A program made the translations under genes and the position numbers. A stretch of DNA of 64,000 nt from an uncultured Planctomycetota bacterium (GTDB lineage Bacteria; Planctomycetota; Phycisphaerae; Tepidisphaerales; Tepidisphaeraceae): assembly GCA_963841915.1 (NCBI GenBank), contig CAWJEN010000005.1:1-64000 (forward strand), in the 5' to 3' direction. The notes beneath the pieces were generated by a model, which worked only from the letters and a program-made list of their open reading frames with translations, searched no databases and had not been told where the DNA came from. The first letter of the stretch is position 1. Each line of letters starts with the position of its first letter. Shown piece by piece: positions 11,285 through 20,374 of this stretch.

Positions 11285-12412
11285 ATGCTCAACCGTCTCC
11301 GCGTGAAGAATTTTCAGTGTCTTGAAGACATCACGTTCGACTTGGTGGACTGTAGGTCGGCGCTTTTGATTGGGCTGAACGGTGCAGGCAAGTCCGCGGT
11401 ACGACGATCTCTGGAACTGCTGCAGGTGGTCGGCCGCGGTCCGGGTCGAACACGCTGCTGGCACTCAAGAGCCAAGATTTCACGCAGTGGCGGCAAAACG
11501 AAACGTGCCGGTTTGAGGCGGAACTCGACCTCCATGGACGTTTGTTTCGTTATATAATTGCATTCGACTGGCCCGGACCAGTTCCGGGAATCGCGAATTG
11601 TGGAGGAGTGTCGAGTGTGACGGGAAGCCGATCTTTTTACGAGAGAAGGCGGATGTGACAGTCCGCAGCGATGTCACCTTTACGCTCGACTGGCATGTGC
11701 CGGCGTTGCCGGTCGTGGGGGACAAGCAGCACGCCGAGGAGATTCGACAGGGTACGACTGGTTCGCGTCGATGATTTTGATTCAGCCGGTGCCTTCGTTG
11801 ATGGAGCCATACGCGGAGTCGCCCGAGCGCCAGATTGATCGGGACGCCTCTAACTTGGCCGCTTGTGTGCAGGGGTTGCTGTTGGCGAAGCCGGCTGCCT
11901 ACCAGACGATGGCTGAAACGCTCAGCACGTCGATGCATGACTTCTCGTCGCTTGAGTTCGATGCGGTTGGCGAGAGCCACCACCTCACGACGCACTTTGA
12001 GCGAGATCACCCATGGGCCGTATTCTCACCACGGTTCGAAAGCTTGTCGCACGGCGAGAAGTGCATGCTGGTGGGGGCGTTGGTCACAGCGACGATGAAG
12101 CATGAGCGGCAGGGCTTCGTCTTTTGGGATGAACCGGACAACCACCTGGTGCGATTGAAGCGGGGCCTCGCGGTGCTTGGCCTCCGCAAGATTGCCGAGA
12201 ACAGCGGCAGGGCTGGGTATGGCGATCATCAGGTGATGATGGCCTCTCACCATCCTGAAACAGTTCGTCGCTTCTCGAGCGACAACACGTTCGTTCTGCG
12301 GCGGGAGACGCATCTCGACGGCACGTCGGTTACACGCCTCTCTGACATCGAAGTCTTGGGAGACGTGACCACTGCACTACTTCGTGGGGAGGTGCTCTCA
12401 TCGGACGCCTGA
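11285..12412 (+). CDS. ABC/AAA_21-type ATPase (frameshifted)
   Basis: LRVKNFQCL, Walker A GLNGAGKS, signature LSHGEK, Walker B FWDEPDNHL, H-loop ASHHPE. Confidence 0.85.
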
Positions 12413-12897
12413 CGAAGTATAAGCCGCACCTGTTCATCACTCCCGAAGACAAAGACGATCGGGAACTAGTGCTGCAATTCCTCCAACACCATGAGGTTCT
12501 GGATCCGTTTGTCCAGCCGATGCCGGTCATTGGCGGGTGGAGGAAAGCGAGGGACGAGCTCTCGAATGTCTACGTTCCGAAGCTGGCGAGCAACCTGTGT
12601 CACGTCGCCCTCGTCATCGACTTTAACGGTAGGGGTCCAGCACGCTACGAAGAAGTCATTGAGGTTGTGCCGGAGCATCTGCGGTCGCGTGTTTGCGTTC
12701 TAGGCAGTGCGAGGGAACCAAGGGACTTGCGGCAACATCTGGCTGGGTCCAACGAGGCAGTCGGCTGGCTGGCTGACGAACTTTATCACCAAAGCAGCAC
12801 GAATCTGATTCCGCTTGGTCGCACCAGTTGCCAGCACAATCTTCAAGAGATCGACCGTGTCGGCAATGTCTTTCGGTCGCTTTTGTTCCCCTCGTAA
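12409..12897 (+). CDS. TOPRIM-like partner protein downstream of the ATPase (start uncertain)
   Basis: Frame reads KYKPHLFITPEDKDDRE...GGWRK...VALVIDFNG...RVCVLG...EP and overlaps the ATPase stop codon. Confidence 0.65.
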   Translation: MTKYKPHLFITPEDKDDRELVLQFLQHHEVLDPFVQPMPVIGGWRKARDELSNVYVPKLASNLCHVALVIDFNGRGPARYEEVIEVVPEHLRSRVCVLGSAREPRDLRQHLAGSNEAVGWLADELYHQSSTNLIPLGRTSCQHNLQEIDRVGNVFRSLLFPS

Positions 12898-13131
12898 CGA
12901 GGCAGTTGGTAGATTGAGGCACAACTGCTGGTGCGACGTCCTACGCGATGATATAGCTACCAGAACAAGCTGCGATCGAGTTCGTGCAGTTGGCGGCGAT
13001 CGGGTGATCTTCGATAACTAGTGATCGGTTTGCCCGCGAAGAACGTAAACGGTTTGTCCGTCTTCGTTGGATTCCCCTTGGCTACTCGAACTGTATGCGG
13101 CGGATCAGCACGGGTCATACCCTGGAACAGT

Positions 13132-14432
13132 ATGTTCCCGCGACGCAAGACCCGGCAGATCACCCTCGGCGACGAACGCGTCGGCTACGTCAAGATCGGC
13201 GGCAGATCACCCTCGGCGACGACCGCGTCGGCTACGTCAAAATCGGCGGCGACGCCCCCGTCGTCGTCCAGACGATGACCAGCGGCTACACGCACGACGT
13301 GACGACCTGCCTCGCCGAGATCAACAAGCTCGCGACCGCCGGGGCCGACGTCGTCCGCGTCGCCGTGCCCGAGCGCAAGGACACCGAGGCCCTCGCCGAG
13401 ATCATGAAGGAGACGCCGGTGCCGATCGTGGCCGACGTTCACTTCCACTTCAAACGCGCCCTCGAAGCCGTCGAGGCCGGCGTCCACAAGATCCGCCTCA
13501 ATCCCGGCAACATCAGCGACCGGGCCCAGGTCATCGACGTCATCCAGGCGTGCAAGGACCGCAGCCTGCCGATCCGCATCGGCGTCAACGAGGGCTCGAT
13601 CATCGAGCGCCGCGACAAGCAGAAACGCCTCAAGGAACTCGGCGGCTACTTCAGCGAGAGCAAGCACGGCCACCTCCTGGCCATCATGATCACGAAGCTC
13701 GAGGAGTACCTCGACATCTTCCACGAGCAGGACTTCCACGACATCGCCATCAGCGCCAAGTCGATCGACGCCGGCCTCGTCATCGACGCCTACACCGAGA
13801 TCAGCAAGCGGTTCGACTACCCGCTGCACCTCGGCGTCACGCACGCCGGGCCCAAGGAAACGGGCACGATCCGCAGCGTCGTCCCGCTGGGCCACCTGCT
13901 CGCCAGCGGCATCGGCGACACGATCCGCCTCAGCTACGCCAACGACCCGATCTACGAGGTCGAGGACGGCCTCGAGCTGCTCTACACGCTCGGCTTGCGC
14001 GAGCGCAAGGGGGCCGAGCTCATCGCCTGCCCGACGTGCGGCCGCATCCAGGTCGACCTCTTCACGCTGACGCAGGACGTGCGGATGATGCTGAAGGACA
14101 CGATCCGCGTGCCGATGAAGGTGGCCGTGATGGGCTGCGTCGTCAACGGCCCCGGCGAGGCCGAGGGCGCCGACGTGGCCATCTTCGCCGGCGACCGCAA
14201 GGGCATCATCTACGTGCAGGGCGCGAAGGTTGCCAACGTGCCGGAGGACGAGATCCTGGTCCGCCTCCGCGACGAGTGCGAGAAGTTCCAGGCGAAGGTC
14301 GAATCCGGCGAGGCGAAGCTGGGCGAGAAGGTCGTCGAAATCGCCCCGCCCGACCCGATCGGCGAGCTCGGCAGCGGCTGGGAGAAGATTGCGGCGGAAA
14401 GGGCGGGAAAGGCGCTGCCGGTGGTGGCGTGA
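13132..14432 (+). CDS. ispG: (E)-4-hydroxy-3-methylbut-2-enyl diphosphate synthase; 5' end broken by a 47-bp duplication
   Basis: PVVVQTMT, VADVHF, IRLNPGN, RIGVNEGS, PLHLGVT, IGDTIRLS, IACPTCGR, AVMGCVVNGPGEA. Confidence 0.96.
13153..13246 (+). repeat. 47-bp tandem duplication (2 copies, 2 mismatches)
   Basis: cggcagatcaccctcggcgacga(a/c)cgcgtcggctacgtcaa(g/a)atcgg starting at 13153 and 13200. Confidence 0.95.
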
Positions 14433-14439
14433 CCCGATC

Positions 14440-14937
14440 ATGTGTTACTACTTGACCATCATCACGAGAGAACAGCCTCTGAATCTTGGCGAGCGTCCAC
14501 TACATCTTGAACCCAACTCAAACCTGTCGGTGCAGCAAGCTTTGCCGCCGGATTTTTCAGCTCACTTACTCACGACCGATGGCTGCTCCTGTCAGTTGTA
14601 CAACGGCGACGATGCGCCACCAGAAGGGCCTACAGAAGCAGACGTCCGAAGTAAGTACAAGAGGAAGGGATGGTCAGCAAACAAGATCAGCCGTGCGGTT
14701 CGGCAGTCGCTCGATTCACAAACTATGGGGCCTGTCCCTGTTGGGCTGCGAAATGATGTTTGTCAACGACTGAGCCAGCTTCTTCAGCGAGGCATGGAGG
14801 TCGCGTTGATCATTCACTGGTACGAGGGATCAGTAAGCGACGAGACAGTTCTACTGCATGCTCCTTGCCATAGAAATCTTGACAATCTCGCGGGGCAGAA
14901 GCTGCCGGAAGATCGGATCATTTGGATTGTCCATTAG
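14440..14937 (+). CDS. Hypothetical protein, lower GC
   Basis: MCYYLTII...GCSCQLY...KYKRKGWSANKISRA; atypical codon usage. Confidence 0.7.
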   Translation: MCYYLTIITREQPLNLGERPLHLEPNSNLSVQQALPPDFSAHLLTTDGCSCQLYNGDDAPPEGPTEADVRSKYKRKGWSANKISRAVRQSLDSQTMGPVPVGLRNDVCQRLSQLLQRGMEVALIIHWYEGSVSDETVLLHAPCHRNLDNLAGQKLPEDRIIWIVH

Positions 14938-14950
14938 AAGCGACGGCAGA

Positions 14951-15091
14951 ATGCACAACGATCACGACAACAAGTCCCTCGACTACGCCTCGCCGGACAC
15001 GGACGAGGAACGGCCAGATCCGCCGATGCAGCAGTTCGGGGACAACGTCGGCTTCGTGCCGTCGATACGTGGCCGGGACAGCGTTGATTGA
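14951..15091 (+). pseudogene. Truncated small-protein remnant (LDYA-motif N-terminus)
   Basis: MHNDHDNKSLDYASP...DNVGFVPSIRGRD, then stops; resembles the start of a planctomycete membrane protein with its TM part missing. Confidence 0.35.
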
Positions 15092-15099
15092 ACCGCCAA

Positions 15100-15597
15100 A
15101 TGAGCAAGCACTTCATCCACTCGTCGTACCGCGAGAAGCTGGTCGAGCACCTGCTCATCAGCGAACTGCTCAAGATCTCGTGGCGTCGCGGCGACTGCTC
15201 GCTCGAGGTGGCCAAGCCCGAGGTGGACAACAAGGGCTACGACCTCATTGCCGAGGCCGAGGGCGTTGTTCGTCATGTCCAGCTCAAGGCGTCACACCAC
15301 GGCTCGCGCACGTCGCAGCAGAAGGTCCACATCGCTCTCGCCCAGAAGCCATCGGGCTGCGTCGTGTGGGTCTACTTCAACGAGGACGACCTGACGCTCG
15401 GCCCGTTCCTCTACTTCGGCGGCACGGCGGGCACGCCGCTGCCGAGTCTGGCCGAGATGAAGGTGGCCAAGCACACGAAGGCAAACGCGGAGGGGCACAA
15501 GGCGGAGCGGCCCGATCTACGCGTTGTCCCGCGTGGCGCTTTCGCGGAGTGTCTCGATGTCCCTTCGCTTTACGACGCCCTGTTTCGCTCGACGTAG
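15100..15597 (+). CDS. Hypothetical protein, PD-(D/E)xK nuclease-like
   Basis: REKLVEH...EVDNKGYDLIAE...HVQLKAS gives a D...QxK arrangement. Confidence 0.65.
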   Translation: MSKHFIHSSYREKLVEHLLISELLKISWRRGDCSLEVAKPEVDNKGYDLIAEAEGVVRHVQLKASHHGSRTSQQKVHIALAQKPSGCVVWVYFNEDDLTLGPFLYFGGTAGTPLPSLAEMKVAKHTKANAEGHKAERPDLRVVPRGAFAECLDVPSLYDALFRST

Positions 15598-15642
15598 GGC
15601 CAGCCAACCGCGAGAATGAACGCTGCCCGGTACCATCGCGGC

Positions 15643-16140
15643 ATGCCGCCACGCAGCGATTCGCGGAAGTGGCTGGGCTTGCTCGCCTGGATCGTCGTGT
15701 CGTTCCTGCCGTCGCTGACCGCGGCGTTCGTCGAGGTCGGCCCGTGGTACGACGGGCTCGATCGGCCCGCGTGGACGCCGCCGTCGTGGGTGTTCGGGCC
15801 GGTCTGGACGGTGCTCTACCTGCTCATGGGCGTCGCCGCGTGGCGGGTGTGGGCGAAGGCGGGGCGGGGTGGCTTCGGCGACCGGCCGACGCGACGGGCG
15901 CTGGTCGTGTTCCTGGTGCACCTGCTCTTCAACGCCGCGTGGACGTGGCTCTTCTTCGGCCTGCACCTGCTCCCGCTCGCGGCCGTCGAGATCGTCGTGC
16001 TCTGGGGGATGATCGTCCTGCTCGTCGTTCTGTTCTGGCGACTCGACCGCCTCGCCGGCCTCCTGCTCGTGCCGTACCTGCTCTGGGTGACGTACGCCGC
16101 CACGCTCAGCATCGGGTTCGCGGTGATGAACGCGACGTAG
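15643..16140 (+). CDS. tspO: TspO/MBR tryptophan-rich sensory protein
   Basis: WYDGLDRPAWTPPSWVFGPVWTVLYLLMG...NAAWTWLFFG...LLVPYLLWVTYA. Confidence 0.93.
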   Translation: MPPRSDSRKWLGLLAWIVVSFLPSLTAAFVEVGPWYDGLDRPAWTPPSWVFGPVWTVLYLLMGVAAWRVWAKAGRGGFGDRPTRRALVVFLVHLLFNAAWTWLFFGLHLLPLAAVEIVVLWGMIVLLVVLFWRLDRLAGLLLVPYLLWVTYAATLSIGFAVMNAT

Positions 16141-16189
16141 CGGCGGGTTGTCCATCTCGGGGCCTGCAGCGTTGCGTCAGGCTGCCGGC

Positions 16190-16381
16190 AGCGACTGGTG
16201 CGAGTTGGTTGAGAAACGCCTCCACGTCCTCCGTGTGCAACGCTTCCGGCGGAACCCACACCCCGCGGCGCGCCGCGACATAGCACAAGTACGACCGAAC
16301 CCAGCTTTGATGCACAGCCGCCGTACCCTCCGCCAACTCGCGCCGCCGGCAGACGAGGGTGATCTGGTCAAGTAGCTTCAT
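16190..16381 (-). pseudogene. N-terminal (SAM-like) fragment of an integron-type integrase
   Basis: MKLLDQITLVCRRR...WVRSYL...PEALHTEDVEAFLNQLA matches the IntI N-terminus pattern; no catalytic domain follows. Confidence 0.7.
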
Positions 16382-16499
16382 ACCCGACTAGCTACCGCAC
16401 AGACGGCCTCATGTTCAGCAAGGAATGGTTTGACAGCAACGGAACGAGCGACGAAGCTAGGCCGGATTTCAAACTGCATGCGAAGGTGCGCCGCCGGTC

Positions 16500-16522
16500 A
16501 AGAGAATCACCAGTTAGTGGGC
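16500..16522 (+). other. Candidate attI recombination site
   Basis: gaatcaccaGTTAGTGGGC (GTT at 16513), ~130 bp upstream of the divergent integrase start and 21 bp before a cassette-like ORF. Confidence 0.45.
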
Positions 16523-16533
16523 CGGAAAACTCT

Positions 16534-17496
16534 GTGAAACATTATCTCATCTCAATCCTCTTTATCCTCGTCGGAATCGGCACTGCGGGATGCCTGCCGA
16601 ACAGCGGCCCTCCCGGGGCTCAGACATTTCGAGCGGGAGACGCCGACTCGCTTGTCCATGAGCAATCGGGCATTCCCTTTCCGGCTCGGCTCGGGGATTT
16701 CACCCGTGAAGCCGCGTTGAAGAAGTATGCGGCTGACGGATCTGACGTGAGCGCGGGATACAACTATGTCGGCCCGCATGGAGCAATCGCGGCCACGACG
16801 TACGTGTATCCCTCGCCGAAGCTGGTTTCCATCGGCTCACCTCAGCGCGTGGTCGATACGGCTCGCGTCAAATTGAGCAAGGACGAGTTCGCCCGGTGCA
16901 AACGGGAGATTCAACAGGCACATCCGCGAGCCGTGCTCGCGTCTGAGGGGTCGTTCACCACGGCGGATGGTCGCGCTGGCTTTATGGCGGAATTCGAGTA
17001 CGTTCAGCCGTTTGCTTTCGCTGTACAGCCCGTGAAGTCGCGGCTCTACCTGGTCACCTATATCAACGGACGTTGGTCTGTGAAGCACCGCATCACCTTC
17101 CCGGCGGACAAGCCGGTGCAACCGATGGTCGATCGGTCCGTTCGCGACTTCGGCCCGACGGCGGTCGAATGCACGATCTGGAACACCCAATATTCGCAAC
17201 CTGGGTCTGACCCTCTGTTTGCGTCCGATGCCTCGCAGGACGACATCATCCGCCGACTGCGGGCGGAGAACGAGCAGCTCGAGATGGGCTTCGCCTCGCT
17301 CGTCAAGACGCTCGAGGGGAAAGGGGTGCTGAGCGAAGAGGAGGTCCATTGCCTTGCTCCTGCTACCCCCCCCCCCACAACCTCCGATCGAGTGATGTCG
17401 TTGCTGGACCGCACCGCGAAGCGTCTTGTCGGACGTTCCCCCGGTGGTTACGACGGATCTGGACCGTCTTACGGCGGGCCGTTCTTTGCCGCCTGA
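16534..17496 (+). CDS. Cassette-like lipoprotein, apparently fused to an unrelated C-terminal fragment
   Basis: Lipobox GTAGC; DVSAGYN, TYVYP and VKHRIT-type domain up to ~17150, then an unrelated coiled-coil-like segment and a C11 run. Confidence 0.55.
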   Translation: MKHYLISILFILVGIGTAGCLPNSGPPGAQTFRAGDADSLVHEQSGIPFPARLGDFTREAALKKYAADGSDVSAGYNYVGPHGAIAATTYVYPSPKLVSIGSPQRVVDTARVKLSKDEFARCKREIQQAHPRAVLASEGSFTTADGRAGFMAEFEYVQPFAFAVQPVKSRLYLVTYINGRWSVKHRITFPADKPVQPMVDRSVRDFGPTAVECTIWNTQYSQPGSDPLFASDASQDDIIRRLRAENEQLEMGFASLVKTLEGKGVLSEEEVHCLAPATPPPTTSDRVMSLLDRTAKRLVGRSPGGYDGSGPSYGGPFFAA

Positions 17497-18176
17497 AGGA
17501 TCGTGATCTTCTGCCAGACCTTGCGGCTGAGGCCGTTGGTCAGGTTCTCGATTTCGTCAACGGCCCGCACCGCACCGTCGTCGGGAAATCGCTGCACGTA
17601 CAGCACCGCAACTTTACTGATGAGCGACAGCATCTCGCTGGCGAAGTCGAGATAACGCACCAGTTCTCCTGGCGTCAGCGGGCGATCATCGGGTGGCATG
17701 CGGCCTTCGCCGAAGTGCTCCTCGGTCGGGTCCTTTGTGAGCTGATGCATGTCGACCACGTGGGCCATGGCCCGCAACTCGTGTATGGCTTCGAGGGCAC
17801 GCGTCCGCTTCCAGCGGGTTTCGAGACTGACGAGGAACGCGGCGATGGCGGCGAGGAAGAAGATGCTACCGAGCGTCGGCTCCAAAATCTGGATGAAGCT
17901 GTCGACCGTCTCAAAGGTTCCGATCTTGCCGATGATGACGACCTCGACCACGACCACGACCAGCAGCAATGCCAACGCGAAGTAGGCCGGGACGCGGATC
18001 CACTGCACCGGGCGGCCGATCTGTTTGGAGCGGGCGCGGGCGACGCTGGTGATGCTGATCAACTCGTTGGCAACGCTGCGGAGGCCCGCATCAGGGAAGA
18101 TGGCGGCAATGCGTTCTTCGAGTCGTTGCACCGTCTGGTGCAGGAGGGCGTCGTCGACGCTGCGATAATCGGCCAT
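17469..18176 (-). CDS. Conserved hypothetical membrane protein
   Basis: Two TM helices; LRAMAHVVDMHQLTKDP...YLDFASEMLSL...LSRKVWQKI. Confidence 0.8.
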   Translation of the reverse strand: MADYRSVDDALLHQTVQRLEERIAAIFPDAGLRSVANELISITSVARARSKQIGRPVQWIRVPAYFALALLLVVVVVEVVIIGKIGTFETVDSFIQILEPTLGSIFFLAAIAAFLVSLETRWKRTRALEAIHELRAMAHVVDMHQLTKDPTEEHFGEGRMPPDDRPLTPGELVRYLDFASEMLSLISKVAVLYVQRFPDDGAVRAVDEIENLTNGLSRKVWQKITILQAAKNGPP

Positions 18177-18250
18177 GAGTGCAACATCATGCCGCGGGCG
18201 CGGTGGCGATGAAAGTCAGGGTGCCCGTTGCGGCTAACCTTACGAGCCCG

Positions 18251-20374
18251 ATGAGTCGCCCAAGCCCGCTTTCAATCTGCTGTGCCGTGACCGCCGCCGG
18301 ATTCATTGCGGGTTGTTTGTCGCCTGAGCGTGCCGCCCGTGACGCCGACGCGACTGCATACGACATCATTGCAGAGAAGCAGCTTGCCGCCCTTGGCGAG
18401 GTGCAGCCGTTCACGATTGACGAGCTCGAAGATCAACTGCGTCGCAAGCTCATGATTGAGCAGAAGTTGCCCGCAGGCGACGAGTCGTCGTACGGCAGGC
18501 TGTATCTGCAGCCGGTGCCCAAGCAGCCACCGGGCATCAGCGAAGGGCTGCCGCTCCCCGACGGCAGCAATGTAGTGGCCCATCGCGAGTTGTATTTTGC
18601 CGGCCTCAACACGCCGGTGCTCTCTTTCGACGCGGCGCTGGTCGATGTCGGGGCGTATCCCTCACCGACGAATCAGGCCGCCGAGCTTCCTTCGGCGACT
18701 GATGAACGGCTGGTGCTGGTGGTGCCACCGGAGAGGCCGCCCCTGGTGTTGTCGCTGGTCGATGCATTGACCATCGCCGCCAAGAGTTCTCGGCAATATC
18801 AGGATCAAAAGGAGCGTGTGTACCTGGCCGCGCTGGCGCTTGACTTGCGCCGGGATCGGTTCGAGACACAGTTTGGTGCCGGACTCGGCGTCGATGCCGC
18901 GGCTGACCTTGAAGGCGACGATGTCGCGGGCGTGGTGGTGTCCCCGAGCCTCGACGTCGGCAAACTTTTCAAGAACGGCGTGGGCATCACCGGGCGCATC
19001 GGCATCGACCTGGCGCGCCTGCTCAGCGGCGACGGTGGCGAGTCGCTCGGCACCTTTGCCGATGTCAGTATGACCGTGCCGCTGCTCGCAGGTGCGGGCG
19101 TGGAAGTCGTCGCCGAGCCGCTGCAGCAGGCAGAGCGAGACGCCGTCTACGCGATCTGGAGCTTCGAGCGGTTCAAGCGGGAGTTTGCGGTCGACATTGT
19201 CAGCGATTATTTCGGCGTGCTCGTCAGCCGCGACCAGATCACCAACGCCGCCGGCACACTCAGGCGACTGTCGGTCAACGTCGCCCGCTCGCAAGCACTT
19301 TACGACGAGGGTGAACTGCCGAGCATCCAACTCGACCGTGTACGCAGCCAGCAGTTGCGAGCCGAGATTCGCCTCATCAGCGCCCAGCAGCGGTACCAGA
19401 GCCAGCTCGACCGTTTCAACATCACGCTCGGCCTGCCAACGGACGCCCGGCTGGAGCTGTCGGACGAACCGCTGCAGGCTTTGGTCGATGAGGCTGATGC
19501 GATTCTTGGCCGTCTCGATTCGGCGACGCGTGGCGTCGAGGTGCCGGACGTCGAGACGCTGGTCGACCCCGACGAAACGGTCGACGTAGACGTGCAGCCG
19601 GACGGTCCGACGACGGCCGCGACGACGTCACCCGCGTTGCCTGCCGACACGTACGAGCCGCAACGCGCGCTTCGGGAGGCGGCGACGCGATTAGCGATTC
19701 GGCGGCGTCTGGATCTGGCGACGTCGTACGGCCGCGTGATCGACGCACAACGGCAGACCGTTGTTGCCGCCGACGGCCTCAACGGCGTGCTCGACCTCAC
19801 CGCCAACGCTAACTACGGCGGCGGACGCGGCACCCTCAGCGGTGGCTTGCCCGACAGTTCGCTCGACTTCACCGACGGCCGATACGGCGCCGGTCTTCGA
19901 CTCGACCTGCCGATCGAGCGGACGGCAGAACGCAACGCCTACCGCACCGCGATCATCCGCCTCGAGCAGGCCATTCGCGATGCCCAGCAGGCCGAGGACT
20001 TCGTGAAACTTGACATCGCCAACGCACTGCGTCGTCTGCAGACGGCGGCACAGTCGGTGCGGATTCAATATGAGGCGATTCGCGTGGCCCAGCGACGACT
20101 CGATGCCGCCAATGAGCTCGTCGAACTAGGCCGCGGCAACACACGCGACATCACTGAGGCCGAAGACGACCTGACGGACGCGCAGGACGACTTCACGCAG
20201 TCGCTGGTCGACTATCGTCTGGCCGAACTGGAACTCCAGCGTGACACGGGGGTACTACAGGTGACGGCCGAGGGTCTGCTGGAGGAAGTCGACCTGTTTG
20301 ACCTGCCGTCTGCCGGCGACGCACCGGCTGCCGAGCCTGAGATTTCTGCCGCCACCACATCTTTGCTGCCATGA
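18251..20374 (+). CDS. TolC family outer membrane efflux lipoprotein
   Basis: Lipobox FIAGC; OEP-like repeats; first gene of the efflux operon. Confidence 0.85.
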   Translation: MSRPSPLSICCAVTAAGFIAGCLSPERAARDADATAYDIIAEKQLAALGEVQPFTIDELEDQLRRKLMIEQKLPAGDESSYGRLYLQPVPKQPPGISEGLPLPDGSNVVAHRELYFAGLNTPVLSFDAALVDVGAYPSPTNQAAELPSATDERLVLVVPPERPPLVLSLVDALTIAAKSSRQYQDQKERVYLAALALDLRRDRFETQFGAGLGVDAAADLEGDDVAGVVVSPSLDVGKLFKNGVGITGRIGIDLARLLSGDGGESLGTFADVSMTVPLLAGAGVEVVAEPLQQAERDAVYAIWSFERFKREFAVDIVSDYFGVLVSRDQITNAAGTLRRLSVNVARSQALYDEGELPSIQLDRVRSQQLRAEIRLISAQQRYQSQLDRFNITLGLPTDARLELSDEPLQALVDEADAILGRLDSATRGVEVPDVETLVDPDETVDVDVQPDGPTTAATTSPALPADTYEPQRALREAATRLAIRRRLDLATSYGRVIDAQRQTVVAADGLNGVLDLTANANYGGGRGTLSGGLPDSSLDFTDGRYGAGLRLDLPIERTAERNAYRTAIIRLEQAIRDAQQAEDFVKLDIANALRRLQTAAQSVRIQYEAIRVAQRRLDAANELVELGRGNTRDITEAEDDLTDAQDDFTQSLVDYRLAELELQRDTGVLQVTAEGLLEEVDLFDLPSAGDAPAAEPEISAATTSLLP

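Noticed and set aside
120..12400. Many frameshifts in dapL, osmC, DinB, GNAT and others read as pseudogenes or programmed frameshifting
   Set aside because: They are dense, affect housekeeping genes and are confined to the left part of the window, which fits uncorrected long-read indel errors better.
13185..14441. Long antisense ORFs opposite ispG, rpsA, moxR and others
   Set aside because: Shadow ORFs caused by high-GC codon bias.
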